From sequence record PP496440.1: a DNA stretch of 64,000 bases; one strand, written 5' to 3'. Both the position numbers and the translations under genes were made by a program. Within the stretch, counting starts at the first letter, position 1; every line of letters begins with the position of its first letter. Positions 8,801-16,858 of the stretch are shown piece by piece. Under the pieces are notes generated by a model. That model was not told the origin of the DNA. It saw only the letters and a list, made by a program, of their open reading frames with translations, and made no database searches.

Positions 8801-9294
8801 TTGAGTATCTCGATAGGTGGCTTCTCAGCATCGAGACTCGGGTGGGGCTTCGGTGCTGCCGTCTGTGTGCTGCCCCTCCGCTGGCTCAGGATGATCTCGT
8901 ACAGCTCGCCGCCCGGTTTCAACGTGTCGGGGTTCTCAGTGTGCAGCACCGCGATCAGATCCATGATGTCCGTGTTGTGTCCCAGTTCCGCCGACGGGAT
9001 CATCTGGAATTCCTGACTCACGCCGGGGATCGGATCTTGCGGTCGGTACAGCGCGACCACCCTGCCTTTGCCCGGCTCGGCGCCCAGCTTGCTACCGTCT
9101 CGTCCCACCCACATCTCACGGGAGCCCGGCACACTAGCTGGCACGTATTCGATAGAACCTTCAGGGTAATGCGCGGAGAACGTGGCAACGAACCACCGCG
9201 AACTGCCCTTGTAGCAGCGGAACGGTTTGGTCTCTCTGGCGTGACGGGTCAGTGGGTTGTTCATAGGCGTAGAGTGTTCGACGATCAGTGACAT
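8797..9294 (-). CDS. Hypothetical protein
   Basis: 165-aa ORF with GAGGAA RBS and the conserved leader. Confidence 0.75.
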   Translation of the reverse strand: MSLIVEHSTPMNNPLTRHARETKPFRCYKGSSRWFVATFSAHYPEGSIEYVPASVPGSREMWVGRDGSKLGAEPGKGRVVALYRPQDPIPGVSQEFQMIPSAELGHNTDIMDLIAVLHTENPDTLKPGGELYEIILSQRRGSTQTAAPKPHPSLDAEKPPIEILK

Positions 9295-9328
9295 GGTGTA
9301 TTCCTCTTCGGGGTAGTGGGGGCTGCGG

Positions 9329-9655
9329 TTAGTCGTTGAATTCTTTGGGATCGAAGCCGTGCCGTTCGCACCAATCTCGGCGCTCCACGCTCAAGTCGCG
9401 GCCCTGATCTTTTTGCAATGCGCCCCGGCGGACCCACTCGACCAGGTCCCCCATACGCTCCCAGCGCTGGAAGCCTTGGTAGAAGTCCTCCAGATCCGCG
9501 GTGTTGTCCTTGATCAGTTGCGCGATGTGGACGGAAGGAGATGTCAGCGTCATCAGCTCGGCGTGGTCTTTCGCGAACTGGGCCAGCTTGTCGCCCACCC
9601 ACTTGTCAGCTTTGATCTGCAATTCGGTTGGGCCAAGTTCTGCTTCGTCGATCAT
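9329..9655 (-). CDS. Hypothetical protein
   Basis: 108-aa ORF, GAGGAA RBS, operon context. Confidence 0.75.
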   Translation of the reverse strand: MIDEAELGPTELQIKADKWVGDKLAQFAKDHAELMTLTSPSVHIAQLIKDNTADLEDFYQGFQRWERMGDLVEWVRRGALQKDQGRDLSVERRDWCERHGFDPKEFND

Positions 9656-9667
9656 GGTGTGTTCCTC

Positions 9668-10204
9668 TTAGTATTTCTTGATGTTCTGGCGTGCGGATGT
9701 GAGTGGTTCGTACGGCGGTGTCTCAAACCACGATACCGGATTTCCGCGTTGCAGCCCCTGCGACCACCCGGCATAGAAGTCTTCCTTAACCGAGGACTGG
9801 CGGCGGTTGGTGATCTCAATGCGTCCGGTTGTCATCAGAGTCTTGATGTCCACGAAACCCGCACGCTCAACCTCGATGTCAACTTTGCTCCAGTGCTCTT
9901 TCGTCTTGGCGAAGTCGGACACGGCTTTCGGCTTGAACAGTTTCTTGTCGGTGAAGTACACAGCGGGGTTGTTGATCTTTCCCAGTTTCCTGTCGGCTTT
10001 GCGGGTTTGGTACACGGCCTCTCTAACTACGCTGCCGATATCTGCTGCACCAATACGTGCACCCAGACATTGCCATACGGTCGGGGAGAAACACACGCGC
10101 AGCGTCTCGGCGCATTCATCGTGATTCCTCCCGGATGGCACCTTGGCTTTCAGGGTGACGTGCTTGCCAATGTCTTTTTCAGACACGTGATAAAAGCGTG
10201 GCAT
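9668..10204 (-). CDS. Putative ADP-ribosyltransferase-fold protein
   Basis: N-terminal FYHVS and RVCFS motifs resemble the ART-fold catalytic strands; AAGGAG RBS. Confidence 0.4.
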   Translation of the reverse strand: MPRFYHVSEKDIGKHVTLKAKVPSGRNHDECAETLRVCFSPTVWQCLGARIGAADIGSVVREAVYQTRKADRKLGKINNPAVYFTDKKLFKPKAVSDFAKTKEHWSKVDIEVERAGFVDIKTLMTTGRIEITNRRQSSVKEDFYAGWSQGLQRGNPVSWFETPPYEPLTSARQNIKKY

Positions 10205-10213
10205 GGGGACTCC

Positions 10214-10438
10214 TTACTCTTGGCGCAGTTTAGCGTTGAGTGTGGCGGTCCCTCTGCTGAGGATTTTCACTCGATCAACGTGGTCTAGACCTTGCTCCAC
10301 CCGACTGAGTGACTTGGGGTCTATGTCGATCAGGGTCGCTAACTGGCCGGAGCTTACGCCAGCCTTGATACGCAGCGCACGCAGTGCAGCACCATGGGCA
10401 ATCTGACGCATGCGGGCTGGGGTTTGGATAGATGGCAT
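10214..10438 (-). CDS. XRE/Cro-C1 family helix-turn-helix protein
   Basis: LRALRIKAGVSSGQLATLIDIDPKSLSRVEQG is a typical HTH_3 pattern. Confidence 0.8.
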   Translation of the reverse strand: MPSIQTPARMRQIAHGAALRALRIKAGVSSGQLATLIDIDPKSLSRVEQGLDHVDRVKILSRGTATLNAKLRQE

Positions 10439-10487
10439 ATTGCATTCCTCTTGGGATAGTGGTGCGCCGTCCGTGGCGCGTTGTCGC

Positions 10488-10649
10488 TTAGTTGATGGCC
10501 GGGAATTCGATCAGCAAATCCTTCACCTCTTGCACCGACAGCGGCAAGCCGGTGATGGGGTGAACTCTCTCGTCCCGGATGATGTCGCGCAGCCGCTGGC
10601 GCTGCTCACGGGGCGATTGGGCCTTACTGGGGGTTTTGCGTGCTGGCAT
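10488..10649 (-). CDS. Small basic hypothetical protein (53 aa)
   Basis: MPARKTPSKAQSPREQRQRLRDII...; first gene after a sigma70 promoter, with AGGAAG RBS; missing from the ORF track. Confidence 0.7.
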   Translation of the reverse strand: MPARKTPSKAQSPREQRQRLRDIIRDERVHPITGLPLSVQEVKDLLIEFPAIN

Positions 10650-10696
10650 GGTGGGGCTTCCTATTGGACAGTGGGGCGGCAGCGTGCCGCACGTGC

Positions 10697-10726
10697 ATGA
10701 TATCAGAGGGGAACCATGGGTGTCAA
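10697..10726 (-). promoter_or_regulatory. Sigma70-type early promoter
   Basis: TTGACA-18 nt-TATCAT on the minus strand. Confidence 0.75.
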
Positions 10727-10745
10727 CACCCGACCGACGCAGGTG

Positions 10746-10780
10746 AAAAAGCCCACGCAGCGGTTAGGCAGGTGGGCTTT
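10746..10780 (-). terminator. Intrinsic terminator
   Basis: AGCCCAC...GTGGGCT stem followed by TTTT on the minus strand. Confidence 0.75.
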
Positions 10781-10782
10781 GG

Positions 10783-11073
10783 TCAAACTAATCTCAATAC
10801 CGGCTTGGGTTTTTCACCTAAATCAACGGACGCGTGCAGTTCCAGATCAAGTGCGAGCCGTATCACGTCTGAGTAGGGTTCACGAGAATGCGCCCAAACG
10901 TCTGGCAGTGTCGTACGATAGATGTGGACAATCGTGTGAAGCTCTTCCTTGGCGTGAACACCTGCCCGCATCAACTGAGTAACCCGTGCACGCACCTTGG
11001 GTGTGATCCACGTGATCAGATCCTCATACGTTCCGGTCCAGATCATCACCTGATGATTAACGCGCTTCGCCAC
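10783..11073 (-). CDS. Hypothetical protein
   Basis: 96-aa ORF in a tightly packed operon. Confidence 0.7.
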   Translation of the reverse strand: MAKRVNHQVMIWTGTYEDLITWITPKVRARVTQLMRAGVHAKEELHTIVHIYRTTLPDVWAHSREPYSDVIRLALDLELHASVDLGEKPKPVLRLV

Positions 11074-11398
11074 TGGACACCTCTTTGTTGGTCAGTACCC
11101 AGCCGATGCTCAGGACCAGACGTGGCCCATGGCAAAGAACTCGGTGTCGGTTGATGTCCGGTCGGAACAAGTTGAAGCGCCCCTTGATCTTGGCTTCGGG
11201 ACATTGGAATGAGGACGTTGACCCCTTGAGCACGATGTTCAGACGCCAGTGCCGCTTGCCCTCTACAGGATCAACATGCCACGCGATGCCTTGCTTGTCC
11301 ATGTACCGGATAAGATAGCAGTCACCTGAACGCCATTGGAACAGCAGCATCTTGCGGTACTGCCCGGCCCGACCTTGAACCCACGTGAACCATTTCAT
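11057..11398 (-). CDS. Hypothetical protein
   Basis: 113-aa ORF overlapping its neighbours. Confidence 0.65.
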   Translation of the reverse strand: MKWFTWVQGRAGQYRKMLLFQWRSGDCYLIRYMDKQGIAWHVDPVEGKRHWRLNIVLKGSTSSFQCPEAKIKGRFNLFRPDINRHRVLCHGPRLVLSIGWVLTNKEVSSGEAR

Positions 11399-11727
11399 TT
11401 TGAAGACTCCGCCAGTGGCTTCCCTGATACAACAAACCAGAATCCGCTTTCCTCATCCACTTCGAACTCAGTCAGCGTGCCTTTGCTATTGGTCAGTAGA
11501 GAGACTCTACGAATAAGGTTAGTACGATCGAAGAACACCTTAAGATAAGGCCCGTTATTGTCCGTGATCAACATAGGCCTGTCATAGTCGAACGGGATTA
11601 TCACACCTGAAAGGGCGGAGCCTACATGAAGAGGGTAATGCTCAGGACCTTTATAGTCCTCGGGAGGATTGGTAGTTTCTTCAGGTACGTAGTAACCGAA
11701 TCTACCTTTAACTACCTTGATTGACAT
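11395..11727 (-). CDS. Hypothetical protein
   Basis: Start moved to ATG 11727 (MSIKVV), with GGAGG RBS. Confidence 0.7.
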   Translation of the reverse strand: MSIKVVKGRFGYYVPEETTNPPEDYKGPEHYPLHVGSALSGVIIPFDYDRPMLITDNNGPYLKVFFDRTNLIRRVSLLTNSKGTLTEFEVDEESGFWFVVSGKPLAESSK

Positions 11728-12046
11728 TACCGCCTCCGGATACTGACTCGATGGCAATTATCTCGGCACCTATGAGCAGGCTCTTCAGCCATTCCTCACC
11801 ACGCTCGTCTCCGTCTTCTACCCGAGTGTCTCCCATCATAATGAATGGGCAGTCGTTGTGCACCTCGAGCCGGTCGTAGACTATACCCACGGCAGAATCG
11901 ATGACATCCCAGCCAGTACAATTGCCGCCGATCTTCACTTCCATGACAGCGCGGAGCAACCCACATGCGAAGGTAAGCTGTACGGTCTGGAGGCAATTGC
12001 CCATAGTGTAGAACTTACCCATCTGTTCGTGATCATAGTTCAACAT
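11708..12046 (-). CDS. Hypothetical protein
   Basis: Start MLNYDH at 12046 overlaps the upstream stop; GAGGA RBS. Confidence 0.7.
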   Translation of the reverse strand: MLNYDHEQMGKFYTMGNCLQTVQLTFACGLLRAVMEVKIGGNCTGWDVIDSAVGIVYDRLEVHNDCPFIMMGDTRVEDGDERGEEWLKSLLIGAEIIAIESVSGGGNVNQGS

Positions 12047-12870
12047 TAGTCTGTCCTCTTGATGTTGCCGGGTAGGGTGTAGGACCACGGCTTGACGTAA
12101 TCTGCCGGGCGGGTGTAGCCTATCAGGTCGGTACCTTCGTACGGGCCGTGCTTCCACGGATCGGTAATCTCTGCGCGTTCAAACCCGATGGACTCGTACA
12201 GCTTGATCGCACCTTCGTTGTCCGGATCCACGTTGAGATGGTGTGGCAGTCCTTGGGTCAGTTCCCAAGACAGCAGGAAGTCCAGCATGCCGCTGGCGAC
12301 ACCGCGACGGCGGTAGTCTGGATCAACACTGATCTCCTTGACGAAGCACGCATCCACCTTCTCGCTGTCCTCGTCTTCCTTGAACATCACAACGTCCATC
12401 AGTCCGACGACCTTGTTGTGCGCGGTAACTGATACCCGTATCTCTTCCTGATCCGGTATATCACCGCTCCAGCCATTCCATCTGGCCATGGTCACGGTGT
12501 ACAGATTGTGTTGCCCGTCGTGCTTGGGACTGTGCACCTGATGCAGTGCCCGTGCATTCTTCAACTCCATCTTGTCGCCGGGCTTGATGACCGGGAATTC
12601 CAGATGCTTGATTTCCTTTTCAAGCATGATACCAATCTCGGAGTCTTTCGCTTTCTTGTCTTTGATGGTGGCTCGGTACACTGTGTCTGTGTCCGTGTTG
12701 TAAACATCCACCTTATCCGTCATCACCGTAATAGACGGCACAGCGGACCAGATGTACTCTTTGCAATGAGCTTTATCCGGGAATGCGAAGCCAACGGACT
12801 CGCCGTCTACAATGACCAGCCACGGGCAATGGCCGGGATGCGGAAACCGAAGGATCTTTTGTGTGGGCAT
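12046..12870 (-). CDS. GNAT (RimI-like) acetyltransferase with an N-terminal extension
   Basis: ISVDPDYRRRGVAS (acetyl-CoA R/QxxGxG/A motif) and LNVDPDNEGAIKLYESIGF. Confidence 0.85.
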   Translation of the reverse strand: MPTQKILRFPHPGHCPWLVIVDGESVGFAFPDKAHCKEYIWSAVPSITVMTDKVDVYNTDTDTVYRATIKDKKAKDSEIGIMLEKEIKHLEFPVIKPGDKMELKNARALHQVHSPKHDGQHNLYTVTMARWNGWSGDIPDQEEIRVSVTAHNKVVGLMDVVMFKEDEDSEKVDACFVKEISVDPDYRRRGVASGMLDFLLSWELTQGLPHHLNVDPDNEGAIKLYESIGFERAEITDPWKHGPYEGTDLIGYTRPADYVKPWSYTLPGNIKRTD

Positions 12871-12875
12871 GACAC

Positions 12876-13208
12876 TTACCTCGAAGGGGCAGGGGATTTG
12901 ATTGGTGTCACCAGCTTAAGACCGGGCGAACTGGCATTCAGACGTGGGACCGGGTTGATGGTCATCTTGGTCAACGGTGTCAATCCCAGCACACGGACTA
13001 CTTCTTCCGGCAGCTCGGCACGCGTCCACACAACTACGTCTGGAGACACAGTGGACATCACGTAGATGGGCAAGTCATTGATCGCCCGTGCTTCCACTCG
13101 GTGCACGGTCTTCAGCCGGTCCAGTGCTTCCTTGGTCAGAAAGGTGGTGAGTGACTCGACGCTACCCATCCAGGTCATGATGGGGATGTTGCGACTAGTA
13201 GAATTCAT
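12876..13208 (-). CDS. Hypothetical protein
   Basis: 110-aa ORF, operon context. Confidence 0.65.
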   Translation of the reverse strand: MNSTSRNIPIMTWMGSVESLTTFLTKEALDRLKTVHRVEARAINDLPIYVMSTVSPDVVVWTRAELPEEVVRVLGLTPLTKMTINPVPRLNASSPGLKLVTPIKSPAPSR

Positions 13209-13414
13209 TGTTCAATCCCTTGATCGAGTGGGGTTTCAAGTCTGGAGATAACCGAGTTCAACCAGATGATGCGGTTGTTGTAGCGCTGTTTCAGACGGCC
13301 TACCGGTGGATTATTCCCTTGCAGCACCCCGCACATTCTTTGCAGCTCAAGGCGAAGGGAAGCAATAGCCTGCTCGACGTGATTGCGGTCAGGATTAGAG
13401 TTCTCAGTGCTCAT
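13205..13414 (-). CDS. Hypothetical protein
   Basis: 69-aa helical ORF with AAAGGA RBS. Confidence 0.65.
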   Translation of the reverse strand: MSTENSNPDRNHVEQAIASLRLELQRMCGVLQGNNPPVGRLKQRYNNRIIWLNSVISRLETPLDQGIEQ

Positions 13415-13428
13415 GTATCTTTCCTTTA

Positions 13429-13755
13429 TTACGGTTGGGTCAATGCAGATTCAAGTTTCTTGTAGCATGCTGCGACGATTCCTCTGGACATGCGGTCAGC
13501 CGCCCAAGAGTTTTGTAGCAGCAAGTGACTGTAGTGGAACAGATCACCTTGGAGCAACAAGTCGGACAGTTCCATCCGGTTAGCCAGATGAATAGAATAG
13601 TCCTCGTCTGCCAGATCTGCCACCTTCGGACCCCACGTGGCAATCACAGCATCGAGATTGGTTGGAACGACGGCCAGTGTCAGCACCGTCTCTCCCTTCA
13701 CAACACGCAGCCCCGCCAGCGTCTTGCTCACATACCGTTCAATGGTGATGCTCAT
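13429..13755 (-). CDS. Hypothetical protein
   Basis: Start MSITIE at 13755, immediately after the upstream stop. Confidence 0.65.
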   Translation of the reverse strand: MSITIERYVSKTLAGLRVVKGETVLTLAVVPTNLDAVIATWGPKVADLADEDYSIHLANRMELSDLLLQGDLFHYSHLLLQNSWAADRMSRGIVAACYKKLESALTQP

Positions 13756-13756
13756 A

Positions 13757-14395
13757 TCAGATGTCCGCAATGATCTTCAGGATGAACGAACGTGCTGCTT
13801 CGTTCAGTGTCTCGATACCCTCCAGTGCTTTCTTCTTGGCTGGCTTATACGGTGACAGACGTTGCTCGTCTACGTGTTCTATTGCACCGTCATAGTCGAA
13901 GTCGATGAACTCTGCTGACAGCAACCAATAGGCGCACGCACGAGACGCAGCGAAGTGGAACTCCAAGAGTCCAGCGGGGTATTCTCTCATAACACCCTGA
14001 CCCTCATCATCGTGAAGACAGTACAGGGTGTTGTAATCTTTGGGGCCGCCAGTGGTGAACTGGTAAGTGCGTTCGCCGATGTCCATCTTCTCGAACTCAG
14101 CAAAGTCTGCTTCGTTGAACGGCCAGTCAACAGCCTCGATGGATTGAACGACGCCACCAATCGTCCAGGTGTAGGTGATTATTGGCGAGTCACCCATCTT
14201 ATTTATGCTGCCCTTGGAAACGGTCAGGACAGATACGTCTGGGTGCTGCATGGTCAGGAACAGGTTGCCGGTTTGCACATGAGATGGAACAAGTCCGATC
14301 TGCATGGCACGCTGATATTCGTGGCGGCAGTCCAACCTGATGTGCAGTTTCGGTTTGGGTTTGCTTACGGTTGACCTGGATAACTTTGTGGGCAT
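13757..14395 (-). CDS. Hypothetical protein
   Basis: 212-aa ORF, GAGGAA RBS, first gene after the promoter. Confidence 0.75.
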   Translation of the reverse strand: MPTKLSRSTVSKPKPKLHIRLDCRHEYQRAMQIGLVPSHVQTGNLFLTMQHPDVSVLTVSKGSINKMGDSPIITYTWTIGGVVQSIEAVDWPFNEADFAEFEKMDIGERTYQFTTGGPKDYNTLYCLHDDEGQGVMREYPAGLLEFHFAASRACAYWLLSAEFIDFDYDGAIEHVDEQRLSPYKPAKKKALEGIETLNEAARSFILKIIADI

Positions 14396-14447
14396 GGTGT
14401 CTTCCTCATTGGGTCAGTGGGCGGCGGCTTAGTGGCGCCGTGCTACC

Positions 14448-14476
14448 AGTATGGACTCATTTACCCAGCCTGTCAA
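14448..14476 (-). promoter_or_regulatory. Sigma70-type promoter with a GGGTAAATG motif in its spacer
   Basis: TTGACA-17 nt-CATACT; the spacer contains GGGTAAATG (14458-14466). Confidence 0.75.
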
Positions 14477-14483
14477 GCCCAAC

Positions 14484-14517
14484 AAAAAAGCCCACCGCCG
14501 GTTAGGGTCAGTGGGCT
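14484..14517 (-). terminator. Intrinsic terminator after rnhA
   Basis: AGCCCAC...GTGGGCT stem followed by a T-tract. Confidence 0.75.
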
Positions 14518-14521
14518 CAGG

Positions 14522-15184
14522 TCAAAACAAACTGTTCTTCGGTACACGTTGCGTCAATGCCTGCAATTCATCAAACGTAAATTGGAACCATTCATGATCT
14601 CCGGATACCAGACTATCCGTGGGCTTGGCCTTCTTAGCCTGCTTCAAGATCAGCTTTCGCTGTTCCCCGGCCAGCACGTCTGCCCGCTCATTTCCCACGT
14701 TGCCTTTGTGACCTCTTACCCATGACACCTTGGCGTTGGTTTTCTCTTTCAACGCTTTGGCGCATAACCACAAATCGAAGTTGGCGACTGCTTCCCCGTT
14801 AGCCTTGAGTCCACCTCGACGCATCCAGCCATCCAGATGCTCGGTGAATCCCTTCTGCACGTATTGGCTGTCGGTGATCACCTGAACGGGTCGTGGCACT
14901 TGCCCGAAGATCTGTCGGTGCAACATGTTGTAGCGGAAGGCGTCAGCCATGGCTGCGATAACACCTGACAGTTCCATGCGTGAGATCGTGGTGTCGTTGT
15001 ATCCGGCGGCACGGTGACTGACCTCCAGTACATTGGTCAGGTCATTGAACTGTGCACGCAGTGGAGAGAACACGGAGGCATTCAGATCCACCATGCGGAC
15101 AGCAGCCCAACCGCCGATACGATCTTTCGATCCGCAAGACCCATCGGTGTAGTACGTCAACGGTATGTTCTTCTTGCCACGCAT
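14522..15184 (-). CDS. rnhA: Ribonuclease HI
   Basis: YTDGSC, RMEL, ITDSQY, NFDLW and WVRGHKGNVGNERAD give the complete RNase H catalytic motif set. Confidence 0.95.
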   Translation of the reverse strand: MRGKKNIPLTYYTDGSCGSKDRIGGWAAVRMVDLNASVFSPLRAQFNDLTNVLEVSHRAAGYNDTTISRMELSGVIAAMADAFRYNMLHRQIFGQVPRPVQVITDSQYVQKGFTEHLDGWMRRGGLKANGEAVANFDLWLCAKALKEKTNAKVSWVRGHKGNVGNERADVLAGEQRKLILKQAKKAKPTDSLVSGDHEWFQFTFDELQALTQRVPKNSLF

Positions 15185-15193
15185 GGTAGGACC

Positions 15194-15928
15194 TTACTTG
15201 GTGATTATCTTGTAGGTGAACAACGCATCGGACAAGATGCGGTGAACCCTGTCGGCTTTGGTTACGAACAGGTCGGAAATAGCTTCCGCGTTGAGTGCGG
15301 GGTCGATCTGCCGAACGGCGCCGTCACCCATTACGTAGCCTTGATCCTGATCGCGAGTGCGTTCCTTGTCTTTCAGGATCGACAGGTGTATTGTGCTGCC
15401 GTACCGGAACATGATCTGTGCACGTCCGTGTGTGGTGCTCTGGATACGATCAACGCTGTCCACTACCACCTGGCCGTACGTTTGTGCAGCTTCCATGACG
15501 TGGGCGATCATCGGAGACGCATAACCGGGAGTGCACGCATAGCTAGAACATTTCTGCCCCAAGGTATGTTTCAGTGGATTGAACAACTGGAGGACTGGCA
15601 CGGTCTTGCTCATCGAGTGTAGACCGTTGTGGACATCAGTCTTGTCCGCCATCACATGCCAGTTGCGCAGGAAAATCTGGCTACTGGAATGGACAAGATA
15701 CGGTAGTCGCATCAAGTCCTCCATCTGATCCACGAACAGGTGAATATCTATGAGGAACTTGTTCTCAATCTTAGTCCACCGACCGGGATTGGTACGCTCG
15801 ATCTCGAGGAACCCGGTTAGGGTCAGGGCCTCTAGGATTACACCCTTGGCAAGCAGTGCGTCCCGGTCGGTCAGGTTGAACAAGGATTCGGAATGATCCC
15901 TGTCGGTGATTAAGGTAATGTAATTCAT
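15194..15928 (-). CDS. Hypothetical protein
   Basis: 244-aa ORF. Confidence 0.75.
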   Translation of the reverse strand: MNYITLITDRDHSESLFNLTDRDALLAKGVILEALTLTGFLEIERTNPGRWTKIENKFLIDIHLFVDQMEDLMRLPYLVHSSSQIFLRNWHVMADKTDVHNGLHSMSKTVPVLQLFNPLKHTLGQKCSSYACTPGYASPMIAHVMEAAQTYGQVVVDSVDRIQSTTHGRAQIMFRYGSTIHLSILKDKERTRDQDQGYVMGDGAVRQIDPALNAEAISDLFVTKADRVHRILSDALFTYKIITK

Positions 15929-15946
15929 GGTAGGGTACCTGGGTGC

Positions 15947-16255
15947 TTACAACTTCTGGGGGCTGACAGTGACAACGCGGATGTCGGCCACGCCCGCACT
16001 TATCTGCAGCTCGACTTTGATGAACAGGCTCTTGTCTTCGTTGGCATAGTAGAAGACCCCGTTGGTGCGCTTGAGGAAGAACTTGCCTTTGTTTTCACTG
16101 CGGTACACAGTGAAGTCTTCCATGTTGTCTTTCTTGAACCGGGTGTAGATCATCTCACTAGTGATCTTGGCGACGGCTTTGGTGCCGAGGTCATCCAAGT
16201 CCCACTTGATGCCTACACCGGCGGACTGTTGCACGAAACTTGCGAGGGTAGTCAT
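15947..16255 (-). CDS. Hypothetical protein
   Basis: Start MTTLAS at 16255 with GGAG RBS. Confidence 0.7.
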   Translation of the reverse strand: MTTLASFVQQSAGVGIKWDLDDLGTKAVAKITSEMIYTRFKKDNMEDFTVYRSENKGKFFLKRTNGVFYYANEDKSLFIKVELQISAGVADIRVVTVSPQKL

Positions 16256-16287
16256 TTGGTCTCCAATGGATCTTGGTTGGGAAGTGG

Positions 16288-16440
16288 TTAGCGAACCAAC
16301 ATCCACAGGCATGTTGAAAAGCTGAAGGTATCTCGGCATTCAGCCCACGTGAAGTACTCCCAGGTGAAGGCGGCGATGATGATCACGGCAATTGCGAGTA
16401 ACCCGAGATTAGTATTTAGCGCGGTACCTTTCTTACTCAT
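16288..16440 (-). CDS. Small membrane protein (50 aa)
   Basis: MSKKGTALNTNLGLLAIAVIIIAAFTWEYFTW...; ATG overlaps the upstream stop; not in the ORF track. Confidence 0.6.
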   Translation of the reverse strand: MSKKGTALNTNLGLLAIAVIIIAAFTWEYFTWAECRDTFSFSTCLWMLVR

Positions 16441-16643
16441 GGTTGACTCTCCACGCATTGGTTGAATGTTTCCTTACCTGTGTATTGAATGGCGGACCTT
16501 CCCTTGTTCTTAACAATGCGCTGCATTGCCTTGTCGATGGCTCGGTTGAAGAGTGCATAGGTTATACGCTGCCTCATCTCGGCCCGCAACTTGGGAGTGG
16601 CCCGCACAGGTAGTGTCAACGTGTATCTGTCTGCCAGTTTCAT
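16437..16643 (-). CDS. Hypothetical protein
   Basis: 68-aa basic ORF, coupled to its neighbours. Confidence 0.6.
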   Translation of the reverse strand: MKLADRYTLTLPVRATPKLRAEMRQRITYALFNRAIDKAMQRIVKNKGRSAIQYTGKETFNQCVESQP

Positions 16644-16858
16644 GGTCTATTTCCAGTCATGGGCGTGACCCCAAGATAACGACCGAGTGCCGGGATGAAC
16701 AATGGGCAAGCGCTGACACAGACCCAAGCAACGGACATGGGAAGTGATACCTCGTTTAGCATCTGCCAACCACATGCGAACAGGATGATCAGGCTGAGTA
16801 TTGCGTAGTACGCGGACCAGATGATCAACCACCAAGCCTTACGGGACACGTTCTTCAT
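16640..16858 (-). CDS. Small two-TM membrane protein
   Basis: Start MKNVSRKAWW at 16858 overlaps the helicase stop; two hydrophobic stretches. Confidence 0.65.
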   Translation of the reverse strand: MKNVSRKAWWLIIWSAYYAILSLIILFACGWQMLNEVSLPMSVAWVCVSACPLFIPALGRYLGVTPMTGNRP

